Shown: one piece after another, positions 35,497-44,658 of the stretch
Numbering within the stretch: the stretch's first letter is position 1
Layout of the letters: the number at the start of each line of letters is the position of its first letter
DNA from: Candidatus Ruminimicrobiellum ovillum
Lineage (GTDB): Bacteria > Elusimicrobiota > Endomicrobiia > Endomicrobiales > Endomicrobiaceae
Length of the DNA stretch: 64,000 bases
Assembly (NCBI GenBank): GCA_002448285.1
Contig: DJWX01000011.1
Coordinates: forward strand, 185,907 to 249,906
Direction of reading: 5' to 3'
Program-made: the position numbers and the translations under genes
The notes under the pieces: generated by a model
Told to the model about the DNA's origin: nothing
Database searches by the model: none
What the model saw: only the letters and a program-made list of their open reading frames with translations

Positions 35497-36378
35497 TTAA
35501 AATAATGAGCCTGATTTAAAAAAAGATATAACAAACGGAGCAAAAAGAAGAATGAATATTGTGGGCAATATTAAAATTGTCATAGGTAACAACATTTTTA
35601 CCGGAGCTTCATGTGCTTTTTTTTCGGCTATTGCGACATTGTCATCGGACACTTGCCGAGCTATTTTATTCAAGCTGTCGGTAAGACCTGTTCCGGTATC
35701 CAAAGACATTGTTATCGCTTTTACAAAAGTATCTATTTGAACAATATTATATTTTTCAGACAACTCTTTAAAAGCCTGTTTTGTGTCTATTCCCAAAGAC
35801 ATTTTTTTAATAATATCTTTTAACTCGTTTATAAAATGTCCTTCCAAAATCGTTACTATTTTATTGATTGCTCCGTTAAAATCTATTCCGGAATAAACCA
35901 TTATTGCCAATAAATTTGAAACATCCGGTATTTGTTTCACTATTTCATTAATTTTTTTATTATACTGTTCATATATCTTCAGATACGGCAATATCAAGAA
36001 CAATAATCCGAAACATATCATAAATAACATATCGAAGCCGAAAACTATCACCGATATAAAACAACCTGCCAGCATTGATATAAGTTGTATAAAAACAAAA
36101 TTGTATGAATTTATTTTCATATCATTAAAATCAAACACTTTTAACATACTGTCAAGTTTCGCAATATAGTCGACAAACAGTTTTATTTTAATGAGTTTTA
36201 ATATCGGCTGCAACATGTTTGACATTTTCAAAATATATATTAAAAAAATATTTTTATTATCCGCACTTCCATAAAAATTTTGTTTTGCATAAAAACCCGA
36301 TACAAACATACTTATTGCAAAATAAAGAATATAAAACAAACCAGTCAAAGTAATAAATGTTAATATTAAATACATCAT
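35497..36378 (-). CDS. tadC: TadC-like platform protein (T2SSF family)
   Basis: T2SSF domain with TM helices at both ends. Start moved to Met21, which forms an ATGA overlap with the tadB stop. Confidence 0.7.
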   Translation of the reverse strand: MMYLILTFITLTGLFYILYFAISMFVSGFYAKQNFYGSADNKNIFLIYILKMSNMLQPILKLIKIKLFVDYIAKLDSMLKVFDFNDMKINSYNFVFIQLISMLAGCFISVIVFGFDMLFMICFGLLFLILPYLKIYEQYNKKINEIVKQIPDVSNLLAIMVYSGIDFNGAINKIVTILEGHFINELKDIIKKMSLGIDTKQAFKELSEKYNIVQIDTFVKAITMSLDTGTGLTDSLNKIARQVSDDNVAIAEKKAHEAPVKMLLPMTILILPTIFILLFAPFVISFFKSGSLF

Positions 36379-37175
36379 AATTTTATGTCCGCAATTTTTT
36401 TCATCATAAAAGAACCGGATAAAATCATAATAACACAAACAAGCAATATGATATTACCTAAAACGGAAGAGAACAAGATCGATACCATTTCCGGTTCGAT
36501 AAAATAAATTATAAAAATTATAAAAAACGGAATCGTGCTTATAACCATTCCTGAAAAACGCACCTGAGAAGTAAGAACATCAACTTTGTTCGCTAAATAA
36601 AGTTTTTTAGAAACGGATTGTTCTATTTTTGAAAGTATATCGGAAATTTTTATACCGGTAGAATGAGATATCTTTAAAGAATCCATAAAAAATTTATATT
36701 GTTCATTTTGAATTTTATCCGTAGAATCTTTTAAAGCTTTATCCAAACCGATACCTAACTCGACTTTCTTCAATATTTCTTTAAATTCCGATGATAACGG
36801 ATCTTTTATTTGGCAAGAAACAGATTCTATTGCTTGAATTATATTCTCTCCGGACGAAACCGAATTTCTAAATAGTCTTATTGTTTCCAATATCTGTTTA
36901 TCTATTTCCTTTTTATATTTTTGTTTTTTATTTTCGGTAAAAAGCCAAAAACAATAAACTCCCGCAACGGTTATTATTATTGCATATATTACATTAAGCA
37001 AAACAGATATCAAAACAAAACAAATAATAAGCAACAAAATTCTTTTTTTGCTTTGTTTTTTGTTCTTATTTTTTACAAGTGCAGTGTCTTTTGATTTTAA
37101 CGATAAAGCTGAATAAAAAACCAATAAACAAAAAGATATTAAAAAAAGTAATAGATATACAATGTTTAAACTCAT
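36375..37175 (-). CDS. tadB: TadB-like platform protein (T2SSF family)
   Basis: N-terminal TMs, a T2SSF core (...GENIIQAIESV...LGIGLDKAL...), and C-terminal TMs. Confidence 0.7.
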   Translation of the reverse strand: MSLNIVYLLLFLISFCLLVFYSALSLKSKDTALVKNKNKKQSKKRILLLIICFVLISVLLNVIYAIIITVAGVYCFWLFTENKKQKYKKEIDKQILETIRLFRNSVSSGENIIQAIESVSCQIKDPLSSEFKEILKKVELGIGLDKALKDSTDKIQNEQYKFFMDSLKISHSTGIKISDILSKIEQSVSKKLYLANKVDVLTSQVRFSGMVISTIPFFIIFIIYFIEPEMVSILFSSVLGNIILLVCVIMILSGSFMMKKIADIKL

Positions 37176-39064
37176 AAGTGTTTTATGAAAATATTTTTAT
37201 GATTATCATAGGTAAAAACCGGAACCAATTTATATTCGCCGTTTTCCGTTTTTTCCAACAAGGAAATTTCAGATATTTTTCTTGAACCGTCAGGATATCT
37301 TTTTATTTGAACAATAATATCCAATGCCGACACTATCATGGAAATTATAGATTTTTCCGGTAAGTCAAAACCCGCCATTAAAGACATAACAACAAGTCTG
37401 GATATCGCATCCGAACAAGAATTGGAATGAACAGTTGTCATTGAACCGCTGTGACCGGTATTCATCGCCTGTAACATATCCAATGTTTCGGCAGCTCTAC
37501 ACTCACCGACAATAATTCTGTCCGGCCTCATTCTTAAAGAATTTATAACAAGTTGTCTTATCGTTATTTCCGATGTTCCCTCTAAAGATTTCGGCCTTGA
37601 CTCAAGTCTTACAACATGTTCCTGCTGCAATTGAAGTTCGGCGGAATCTTCAATTGTTATTATTCGTTCTTTTGAATCTATAAAAGAAGACAATATATTC
37701 AATAAGGTGGTTTTACCGGAACCTGTTCCGCCCGAGATTAAAATGTTTTTTTTATCATTAACGGCAGTTTTTAAAAAATTCAACATTTCTTCGTTTAACG
37801 AGCCGAAACTTATAAGTTCTTGTCCCGATAATTTATGCTTTGAAAATTTTCTTATTGTTAATACCGGCCCATATAAAGATATCGGGGATATAACAACATT
37901 TACTCTCGAACCGTCTTTGAGTCTTGCATCGACTATCGGAGAAGATTCATCAACATGTCTGCCGATCGGCGCAACAATTCTGCTGATAACATTTTTTAGT
38001 TTTTCAACATTCTCAAATTTAATATTCGTTTTTTCTATCTTACCTTTTTTTTCAACATATATATTATCACAACCGTTTACCATTATTTCGGTAATATTTT
38101 CATCCGCCAACAAATCTTCCAAAATTCCGAATCCCGCTATATCATTAATCAATTCTTTTATAATTTTTTCTTCGGTTTCATTATTAAGTTTTATTCCGTA
38201 TTTCAAAACAAGTTCTCTAACATTTACCATGATTATGTTCGATAAAACTTTTTTATCGCTTTCATCAGAATAATCTTTCATTTTTTCAATTAAATCTTTA
38301 TGTAGTTTTTCTCTTAAAAGATTATATTTATTCGAACCTGCGGCTATATCAATTATATTATTACCTTCGGTGGTGCATTGTGATATTTTCCCCATAATTT
38401 TCTTTATGCCGTCAACGAAAGCATTTTTTCCGTCATTAAACATAAAGTTTTTATCGATAACTTCTTTTTCCGTATCGGAATCAAAGTTAATAAATATTGA
38501 GTTTTGTGGAATAAAATTTTCTTCTTTTTCATCAATATTAAAATCAATATCGGTTTTTAATATTACCGGGAAAACGTTTATATCTTTGATTTTATTTATA
38601 ACTATATCGGAATATATTTTTTGGTAATTTGACAGAGAAACAGGCTCTTTTTCAAGCAAACATAAAACAATATCACTCAAAGATAAGAAATCATGAAAAC
38701 CTTCGCTGTTATCATAAACAACAAAAATATTATCATATATTTTCGATAAAGATTTTATTATAAAGTCCAAATTACCGTTGAGTAATGTTGTTATATTTTT
38801 CACACAAACAATATCGTTATTCGTATCGAAATATGATTTTAACATAGACACATTAAGATTCAAAGCAACATTCAATATATCATCCAAAAATTTTATATTT
38901 TTTTTACCGTAATAAGCCCAAATTATGTTGCTGTGTCGTCTTACATCAACAACAATATTTTTTTTATTATCGTAAGTATTTACGGCAGACAGTCCTCTTG
39001 CCAAAGAAGTTGCATAAACGGACTTGTTTGTTTGTAGAATGGATATTATTTTTGATTTATTCAT
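37172..39064 (-). CDS. cpaF: CpaF/TadA secretion ATPase with a ~235-aa N-terminal degenerate ParA/TadZ-like domain
   Basis: Core motifs ITEIMVNG, SGGTGSGKTTLLN (Walker A), IITIEDSAEL, PDRIIVGECR. The N-terminal extension is discussed in the findings. Confidence 0.88.
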   Translation of the reverse strand: MNKSKIISILQTNKSVYATSLARGLSAVNTYDNKKNIVVDVRRHSNIIWAYYGKKNIKFLDDILNVALNLNVSMLKSYFDTNNDIVCVKNITTLLNGNLDFIIKSLSKIYDNIFVVYDNSEGFHDFLSLSDIVLCLLEKEPVSLSNYQKIYSDIVINKIKDINVFPVILKTDIDFNIDEKEENFIPQNSIFINFDSDTEKEVIDKNFMFNDGKNAFVDGIKKIMGKISQCTTEGNNIIDIAAGSNKYNLLREKLHKDLIEKMKDYSDESDKKVLSNIIMVNVRELVLKYGIKLNNETEEKIIKELINDIAGFGILEDLLADENITEIMVNGCDNIYVEKKGKIEKTNIKFENVEKLKNVISRIVAPIGRHVDESSPIVDARLKDGSRVNVVISPISLYGPVLTIRKFSKHKLSGQELISFGSLNEEMLNFLKTAVNDKKNILISGGTGSGKTTLLNILSSFIDSKERIITIEDSAELQLQQEHVVRLESRPKSLEGTSEITIRQLVINSLRMRPDRIIVGECRAAETLDMLQAMNTGHSGSMTTVHSNSCSDAISRLVVMSLMAGFDLPEKSIISMIVSALDIIVQIKRYPDGSRKISEISLLEKTENGEYKLVPVFTYDNHKNIFIKHL

Positions 39065-39897
39065 TATTTTTGAGAATATTTATTTATTATTTCGTTTAAC
39101 TCTTTTTGTCTTTTTTGCATTTCGGTATTCTGCTGTCTTACGGATTGTATTTTTATATTTGCCGTGGCATTCTCACAAATATCATTTATCTTAACTGTTT
39201 TATTTTGTTGAATTTTATCGTCGGAAGAAGCTCTTAAAACAACTTTCAATATTCCTTTTTCCTGTGCCAAAACTATTTTTTGTGCTTCTTCCATAGAAAC
39301 AGCCATCGTTACCGGAATATTTACGGAAACGGTTACTTCTTCCGCAGATTTTTTTGCAGAACCTATAATATCGTTACCGACTGCCAACACCAAAAGATTT
39401 TGAGCAACCACACACGCGGCTTCTTCAAGTCTTTGATTTTTATTTTCATATTCTATAATCGATATTAAATCAACTTTACTTCCGGAAGTAATTATTCCGT
39501 TTATTTCCTGATTATTAAAAAGTATCGTTATTGCTTTTTTGTTATCGGGTATGGTGTTTGCCAAGCCGAATCCCGATATTAACGACGATATTTTAGATGA
39601 TGTTATTTGTTCCCCTTCTTCAAAAGGAACTATGGATATATATGCAGGTTTTCCGTCAACATAAAATTCTTTTATTTCCGATATATATTTAGGTTGAACA
39701 TATTGTTTGGGAACAATCTTTTCCTTTATCATCGAATCCGTTATAATTTGTCCCTGTTCTATTCTTTGATTGGCAACAACAACTTTAATTTCTTCGGACA
39801 TACTTTTGTTTTGCTGTCCCGTGTCGTACAAGTATAAAGTTGCAAACAATGCCGAAAACAGTGCCAATACGGCTATAAGTATAACATTTCTTTTCAT
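39064..39897 (-). CDS. cpaB: CpaB/RcpC Flp pilus assembly protein
   Basis: N-terminal TM, an SAF-like domain (VVVANQRIEQGQIITDSMI), and a beta-clip C-domain. Confidence 0.8.
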   Translation of the reverse strand: MKRNVILIAVLALFSALFATLYLYDTGQQNKSMSEEIKVVVANQRIEQGQIITDSMIKEKIVPKQYVQPKYISEIKEFYVDGKPAYISIVPFEEGEQITSSKISSLISGFGLANTIPDNKKAITILFNNQEINGIITSGSKVDLISIIEYENKNQRLEEAACVVAQNLLVLAVGNDIIGSAKKSAEEVTVSVNIPVTMAVSMEEAQKIVLAQEKGILKVVLRASSDDKIQQNKTVKINDICENATANIKIQSVRQQNTEMQKRQKELNEIINKYSQK

Positions 39898-39899
39898 AT

Positions 39900-40061
39900 T
39901 TATTTTACATTAGCTTCGGTAGATATTTTCTGTGTTGAATCTTGAAACATACTGTTTACTTTACCGCCGAACATTTTTACACCTGCAATTACAACAATAA
40001 CAACCAAAACGATTATGAGAATATATTCCACCATTCCTTGTCCTTTGTTATTTCTTAACAT
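39900..40061 (-). CDS. flp: Flp-family pilin (53 aa, absent from the ORF track)
   Basis: My manual translation is MLRNNKGQG|MVEYILIIVLVVIVVIAGVKMFGGKVNSMFQDSTQKISTEANVK. It carries the Flp G/xxxxEY motif and has a GGGGGAAAATATG RBS. Confidence 0.85.
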   Translation of the reverse strand: MLRNNKGQGMVEYILIIVLVVIVVIAGVKMFGGKVNSMFQDSTQKISTEANVK

Positions 40062-40078
40062 ATTTTCCCCCGTGAAAA

Positions 40079-40582
40079 TTATTTTCTTTTATGTATTTTA
40101 TTTTTACAACCGCTGCCCGCAAGAACAGACAGTTTTGTTTTTATAATAAATTCATCCATACCTGCAATATTCATTATTTTGGGCAAATTATAAGAATAAG
40201 ATATTGATACGGTTGATAACTCGTTTGACGGAACAAACAGACCTTGAACAATGTTCGAAATATTCGATAAATCCGTTATATTGTTGTAATCGATAGCATT
40301 ATAATTTTTAATATCTACGGTTATATCTTTTATTTTATCCGTATCCAACCTTCTGCCTTCTATCATTTTGTTGGTCAAATAGTTTTTAATATCTTTTTTT
40401 ATATCTTCACCGGACAAAGTCGTATTTGCTATCATATCCGTTCCGTATCTTGTTGCGGAAACGAGTTGTTGCCATGTTAAAAGAACTCTCGCAAACCAAA
40501 CAACAGAAAATATCAAGACTATTATTACAGGAAAAATAAAAACAGCCTCTGTAAATGCCTGCCCTTTTTTGTTTTTAAGCAT
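40079..40582 (-). CDS. tadE: TadE-like pseudopilin
   Basis: MLKNKKGQAFTEAVFIFPVIIVLIFSVVW is a TadE N-terminal motif. Confidence 0.75.
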   Translation of the reverse strand: MLKNKKGQAFTEAVFIFPVIIVLIFSVVWFARVLLTWQQLVSATRYGTDMIANTTLSGEDIKKDIKNYLTNKMIEGRRLDTDKIKDITVDIKNYNAIDYNNITDLSNISNIVQGLFVPSNELSTVSISYSYNLPKIMNIAGMDEFIIKTKLSVLAGSGCKNKIHKRK

Positions 40583-40585
40583 AAA

Positions 40586-41863
40586 TTATTTTTTAGGTTT
40601 TATAATATCAAAACCGGTATACTTTCTTAAAACTTCGGGAATTATGACCGAACCGTCTTCTTGTTGATAGTTTTCCAAAATTGTTGCAAAAGTTCTGCCG
40701 ACCGCAACTCCCGAACCGTTTAATGTATGAACAAATTCTCTCTTTTTTGTTGCAGTATTTTTATATTTGCAATTCATTCTTCTTGCCTGAAAATCTTTAA
40801 AATTAGAGCAGGAAGAGATTTCTCTGTACATACCTTCACCGCTCATCCAAGCTTCCAAATCATAAGTTTTTGTTGAGCTGAAACCTATATCTCCGCTGCA
40901 CAAAGCCATTACTCTATACGGAATACCCAACAACTGCAAAACTTTTTCGGCATCGTTAGTCAAAAGCTCCAACTCTTTTGCGGAATCTTCAGGTTTAACA
41001 AATTTTACCAATTCCACCTTATTGAATTGATGATTTCTTATTAAACCTTTTGTATCTTTACCATACGAACCGGCTTCTCTTCTAAAACATGCGGAATAAG
41101 AAGCATATTTTACAGGAAGTTGCTTTTCATCCAAAACTTCATCTCTGTGTAAATTTGTAACGGAAACTTCCGCGGTAGGTATCAAATATAATTCATCGTC
41201 AGGACATCTGAACAAATCTTCTTCAAATTTCGGCAACTGTCCAGTTCCTCTCATTGAAGCTCTGTTTACCAAATAGGGAGTCATAATTTCCTGATAACCG
41301 TTTTGTTTGTGAGTATCAAGAAAAAAACTGATAATTGCTCTTTCCAAAGCACATCCTTCATTTTTCAACAACGAAAATCTCGAACCTGAAATTTTTGAAG
41401 CTCTTTCAAAGTCCAATATTCCGAGTTTTTCACCTATTTCCCAATGATGTTTCGGCTTAAAAGAAAACTTCGGAGGTTCCCCTACCACTCTTACGACAAC
41501 ATTATCTTTATCACTCTTTCCGACAGGAGTAGTTTCATCGGGAATATTCGGAATTCTCATTAAAAAATCTTCTATTTGATTTTCTATATTAAGTAAAAAT
41601 TTTTCTTTTTCTTGTATTCTTGCTCTTAATTGTTCCAACTCTTCCAACAATTCTTTTTCGGGTTCTTTTCCTTCTCTTTTTAACTTTCCCACCGTTTCGG
41701 AATCGGTATTTCTTTTTAATCTGAACTGTTCTATCTCCGTAATTATAGATCTTCTCGTATTATCCCAATCCATCAGTTGATCTAAATTGATATCCTGATT
41801 TCTTTTTTTTAATCCTTCTTTTACAACATCAATGTTTTCTCTGAATAGTTTAATATCTAACAT
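40586..41863 (-). CDS. serS: Seryl-tRNA synthetase
   Basis: [13 protein letters not shown]-terminal coiled coil and class II motifs (FRREAGS..., GSGVAVGRT). Start moved to Met36, because the upstream part of the track ORF overlaps tRNA-Glu. Confidence 0.93.
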   Translation of the reverse strand: MLDIKLFRENIDVVKEGLKKRNQDINLDQLMDWDNTRRSIITEIEQFRLKRNTDSETVGKLKREGKEPEKELLEELEQLRARIQEKEKFLLNIENQIEDFLMRIPNIPDETTPVGKSDKDNVVVRVVGEPPKFSFKPKHHWEIGEKLGILDFERASKISGSRFSLLKNEGCALERAIISFFLDTHKQNGYQEIMTPYLVNRASMRGTGQLPKFEEDLFRCPDDELYLIPTAEVSVTNLHRDEVLDEKQLPVKYASYSACFRREAGSYGKDTKGLIRNHQFNKVELVKFVKPEDSAKELELLTNDAEKVLQLLGIPYRVMALCSGDIGFSSTKTYDLEAWMSGEGMYREISSCSNFKDFQARRMNCKYKNTATKKREFVHTLNGSGVAVGRTFATILENYQQEDGSVIIPEVLRKYTGFDIIKPKK

Positions 41864-41886
41864 TTTTTCCTCTGTAAAAATTAAAC

Positions 41887-41960
41887 CGCTGCCAACGAGA
41901 TTCGAACTCGTGATCCCCGCCTTGAGAGGGCGATGTCCTAAACCGCTAGACGATGGCAGC
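41887..41960 (-). tRNA. tRNA-Glu (anticodon CUC), CCA not encoded
   Basis: Minus strand reads GCTGCCA-TC-GTCTAGCGGTTTAGGAC-A-TCGCC-CTCTCAA-GGCGG-...-GGTTCGAATCTCGT-TGGCAGC-G. The anticodon loop is C-U-CUC-A-A. Confidence 0.8.
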
Positions 41961-42029
41961 AGTTCCATTAAGTATACTTTATAATACCTGTCGGTTATTA
42001 TACAAAAAAGTTAATTAAAAATCTATGAA

Positions 42030-43565
42030 TTATTGCTTAGACAAATATTTAAAAAATATTTTTTCTTCCGGAAATTCCGCAACAAAATTTCCGCTTCTTA
42101 TGTTTCCGTACGAATCATAACTTATAATATTTTCCAAACTTTTCAACTGATCCGCACTTTCAAATACGGTTTTGTTTTCGGAAACGATTATAAATCCTCT
42201 TGAAAATTCAAATATCGGTGTCACACTGCCTAAAACCAAGCATAAACATAAAAACAAATATCTTATCTTATATTTTTTGAAGTTATACGTTCTAAACAAA
42301 AATCTCATAACGAACAACGATAATATCACAAACATCGGAATCGGTGTCCTCATACAAAAATCAACTTTTTTACCGGACATCAATATGGGACACAATAACA
42401 AAAAAATAAAAACGACATAATACATAATTGTTCCTTTATATTGTTTATACATCGGTAAAAGATAAACCATTGCTTCCAATAATATAAAATATATAAACAT
42501 ACATACTATCATCCAAAAAGCCCAAGGTGTATGATGATGTCCCAAACCTCCGGAAATCGTTGCCTTTGCGGTAAGATTGGAAATAAAATATAAAAATATT
42601 ATCGGTGTTATAAATATTACAGCTACTGTATTTTGAACGGAAAAAGTTCTTTTTAAATAATTTAAAATTTTATTTTTTCTGTATTCCGTAAACAAATTTT
42701 TTATAAAGTATGATATCAATAATACGGAAAGACCGATAAACGGTAACGGAGCACAAAAAAAACATAACAAAGCGAGTATTCCGTAATTTTCGATATTTTT
42801 TCTATTATTATAAAACATTAGTGTTATAAGCCAAGCAGGTATCCCCTGGTTAAAAACCCAAAACAGAACCGTGGTATTTGAACTATATTGTCCTATATAA
42901 GACCACCATTCCAAATGTAAATCCTTAAAAGAAAAAGAAGTATCATAAAATACGGGTGTTAATACCCCAACTATATCCATTCCCGAAAAAAGAATAAATA
43001 TAAATATTCCAAGGAAAACTTTACTGTATTTTTTTGTTTTTAAAGCAAACAATATATTAACAAAAATTAAAAAAAGTCCTATTGTACCGTAGATAAACAA
43101 TAATTCGTTTCCTATAAAAAAAGATAAGTATTTGGAAAGAGGTTGAAAGAAAGATATTATTTTTATTATAAGTGCCGCCGGTAACCAAAAACCTATATAA
43201 TAAACAAGTGCAACATTGATATTGTTGTAATAGACCGGCCAATTATGATTTATTAAATCTCTGAAAATTGCATTTCTCCAATGATGATCGTTACTTTGAT
43301 ACCAAAATCCGCCTATTCCCGAAAAATAGCACCACAGTAAAGCCGTTACGAGTACAATTATAAATACTTTTTTATTGTTTAATAAATTTTTACAATTAAA
43401 CTCTTTATTTTTAAAATATCCGCAATACAAGGCATATATAAACAAAACAAATGCCACTGTCGCGATATAAGGTTTTAACCAAGTAGCCAAAAATATCAAT
43501 AAAGGTAAAGAAACATAAATTATGCTTAATTGATTTAAAGTTTGTAAGTTTATTTTCAAATTCAT
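42030..43565 (-). CDS. Polytopic membrane protein (12 or more TM segments), possibly a GT-C/GtrC-type glycosyltransferase or polymerase
   Basis: Very hydrophobic, aromatic-rich sequence with no soluble domain. It is transcribed divergently from a GtrB/ArnC-like gene. Confidence 0.35.
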   Translation of the reverse strand: MNLKINLQTLNQLSIIYVSLPLLIFLATWLKPYIATVAFVLFIYALYCGYFKNKEFNCKNLLNNKKVFIIVLVTALLWCYFSGIGGFWYQSNDHHWRNAIFRDLINHNWPVYYNNINVALVYYIGFWLPAALIIKIISFFQPLSKYLSFFIGNELLFIYGTIGLFLIFVNILFALKTKKYSKVFLGIFIFILFSGMDIVGVLTPVFYDTSFSFKDLHLEWWSYIGQYSSNTTVLFWVFNQGIPAWLITLMFYNNRKNIENYGILALLCFFCAPLPFIGLSVLLISYFIKNLFTEYRKNKILNYLKRTFSVQNTVAVIFITPIIFLYFISNLTAKATISGGLGHHHTPWAFWMIVCMFIYFILLEAMVYLLPMYKQYKGTIMYYVVFIFLLLCPILMSGKKVDFCMRTPIPMFVILSLFVMRFLFRTYNFKKYKIRYLFLCLCLVLGSVTPIFEFSRGFIIVSENKTVFESADQLKSLENIISYDSYGNIRSGNFVAEFPEEKIFFKYLSKQ

Positions 43566-43647
43566 TTTAATTTTTCATCTGTCAGAGATATTATCTTAAT
43601 TTTCGTTGATTATACCATTTTAAAACATAATATAAAACATAAAAAAG

Positions 43648-43676
43648 TTGAAGTCGTAAGATTTTAATGATAAAAT
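43648..43676 (+). promoter_or_regulatory. Candidate promoter for the plus-strand glycosyltransferase pair
   Basis: TTGAAG-17 nt-TAAAAT, followed by a GGAGAAAATAATG RBS and start. Confidence 0.45.
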
Positions 43677-43704
43677 ATCAAAAGTATTCTTTGCGGAGAA
43701 AATA

Positions 43705-44646
43705 ATGAAAAAATTAATATCCGTAGTTTCAAGTGCCTTCAATGAACAAGACAATATTGAAGAGCTCTGTAACCAAATAAAACAAGCATGCGAAACTCTT
43801 AAAGACAATTATGATTACGAACAAATCATACTCGATAACGGCTCAACAGATAATACCGTTAATAAACTAAGAGAACTTGCGGCAAAAGATAAACATATAA
43901 AAGTTATAATAAACACAAGAAATTTCGGTCATATTCGTTCACCATACTACGGTATGTTGCAATCACACGGAGATATTGTTATATCTATAGCATCCGATTT
44001 ACAGGAACCTCCGTCAATGATAATTGATTTTATAAAAAAATGGGAACAAGGTTACAAAGTGGTTTTAGGACAAAAATCCGCAAGCAAAGAAAATAAAATA
44101 ATGTATGTAATAAGAACATGGTATTACAAATTATTAAATTTGTTCAACGATTCAGGCACAAAACTATTGGAACATTGCACGGGTTTCGGGTTATACGATA
44201 AAGAAGTTATCAATAAATTAAAATCCTTAAATGAACCTTATCCTTATCTCAGAGGACTTGTTTGCGAATTGGGATATGAATTAGTATGTATTCAGTTCTG
44301 TCAAAATAAAAGAGAAAAAGGAAAAACAAAAAACACTTTCTATACACTTTATGATATGGCAATGTTGGCGTTTACCAATTATTCGAAAGTTCCGTTAAGG
44401 ATAGCTACAATGTGCGGTTTTCTATTATCGATTTTAAGCTTTTGTTTAGCGATATTTTATTTAATTTTTAAATTATTGTTTTGGTATCATTTGCCAGCAG
44501 GTATAGCACCTATTCTAATATCCGTATTTTTCTTCTTTTCCGTTCAATTGTTCTTTATAGGTATTTTAGGAGAATATCTGCATGCAATACTCACTCAAAT
44601 ACAAAACAGACCTCTCGTTATTGAAAAGGAAAGAATAAATTTTTAA
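43705..44646 (+). CDS. Polyprenyl-phosphate glycosyltransferase (GT2, GtrB/ArnC/DPM1-like)
   Basis: ISVVSSAFNEQDNI...LDNGSTDNT...ASDLQEPP catalytic domain plus two C-terminal TM helices. Confidence 0.8.
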   Translation: MKKLISVVSSAFNEQDNIEELCNQIKQACETLKDNYDYEQIILDNGSTDNTVNKLRELAAKDKHIKVIINTRNFGHIRSPYYGMLQSHGDIVISIASDLQEPPSMIIDFIKKWEQGYKVVLGQKSASKENKIMYVIRTWYYKLLNLFNDSGTKLLEHCTGFGLYDKEVINKLKSLNEPYPYLRGLVCELGYELVCIQFCQNKREKGKTKNTFYTLYDMAMLAFTNYSKVPLRIATMCGFLLSILSFCLAIFYLIFKLLFWYHLPAGIAPILISVFFFFSVQLFFIGILGEYLHAILTQIQNRPLVIEKERINF

Positions 44647-44658
44647 GAGAAATTTCAT

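Noticed and set aside
41864-41968. The track shows a 35-aa N-terminal extension of the SerS ORF ([35 protein letters not shown]).
   Set aside because: - It is the translation of tRNA-Glu and its flanks.
- The canonical SerS N-terminus MLDIKLFR starts at 41863 behind an AGAGGAAAAA RBS.
43620-43808. A 62-aa minus-strand ORF spans the divergent promoter region and the 5' end of the GtrB-like gene.
   Set aside because: It overlaps the well-supported plus-strand GT2 start and its promoter/RBS. Its sequence is hydrophobic low complexity with no start signals.
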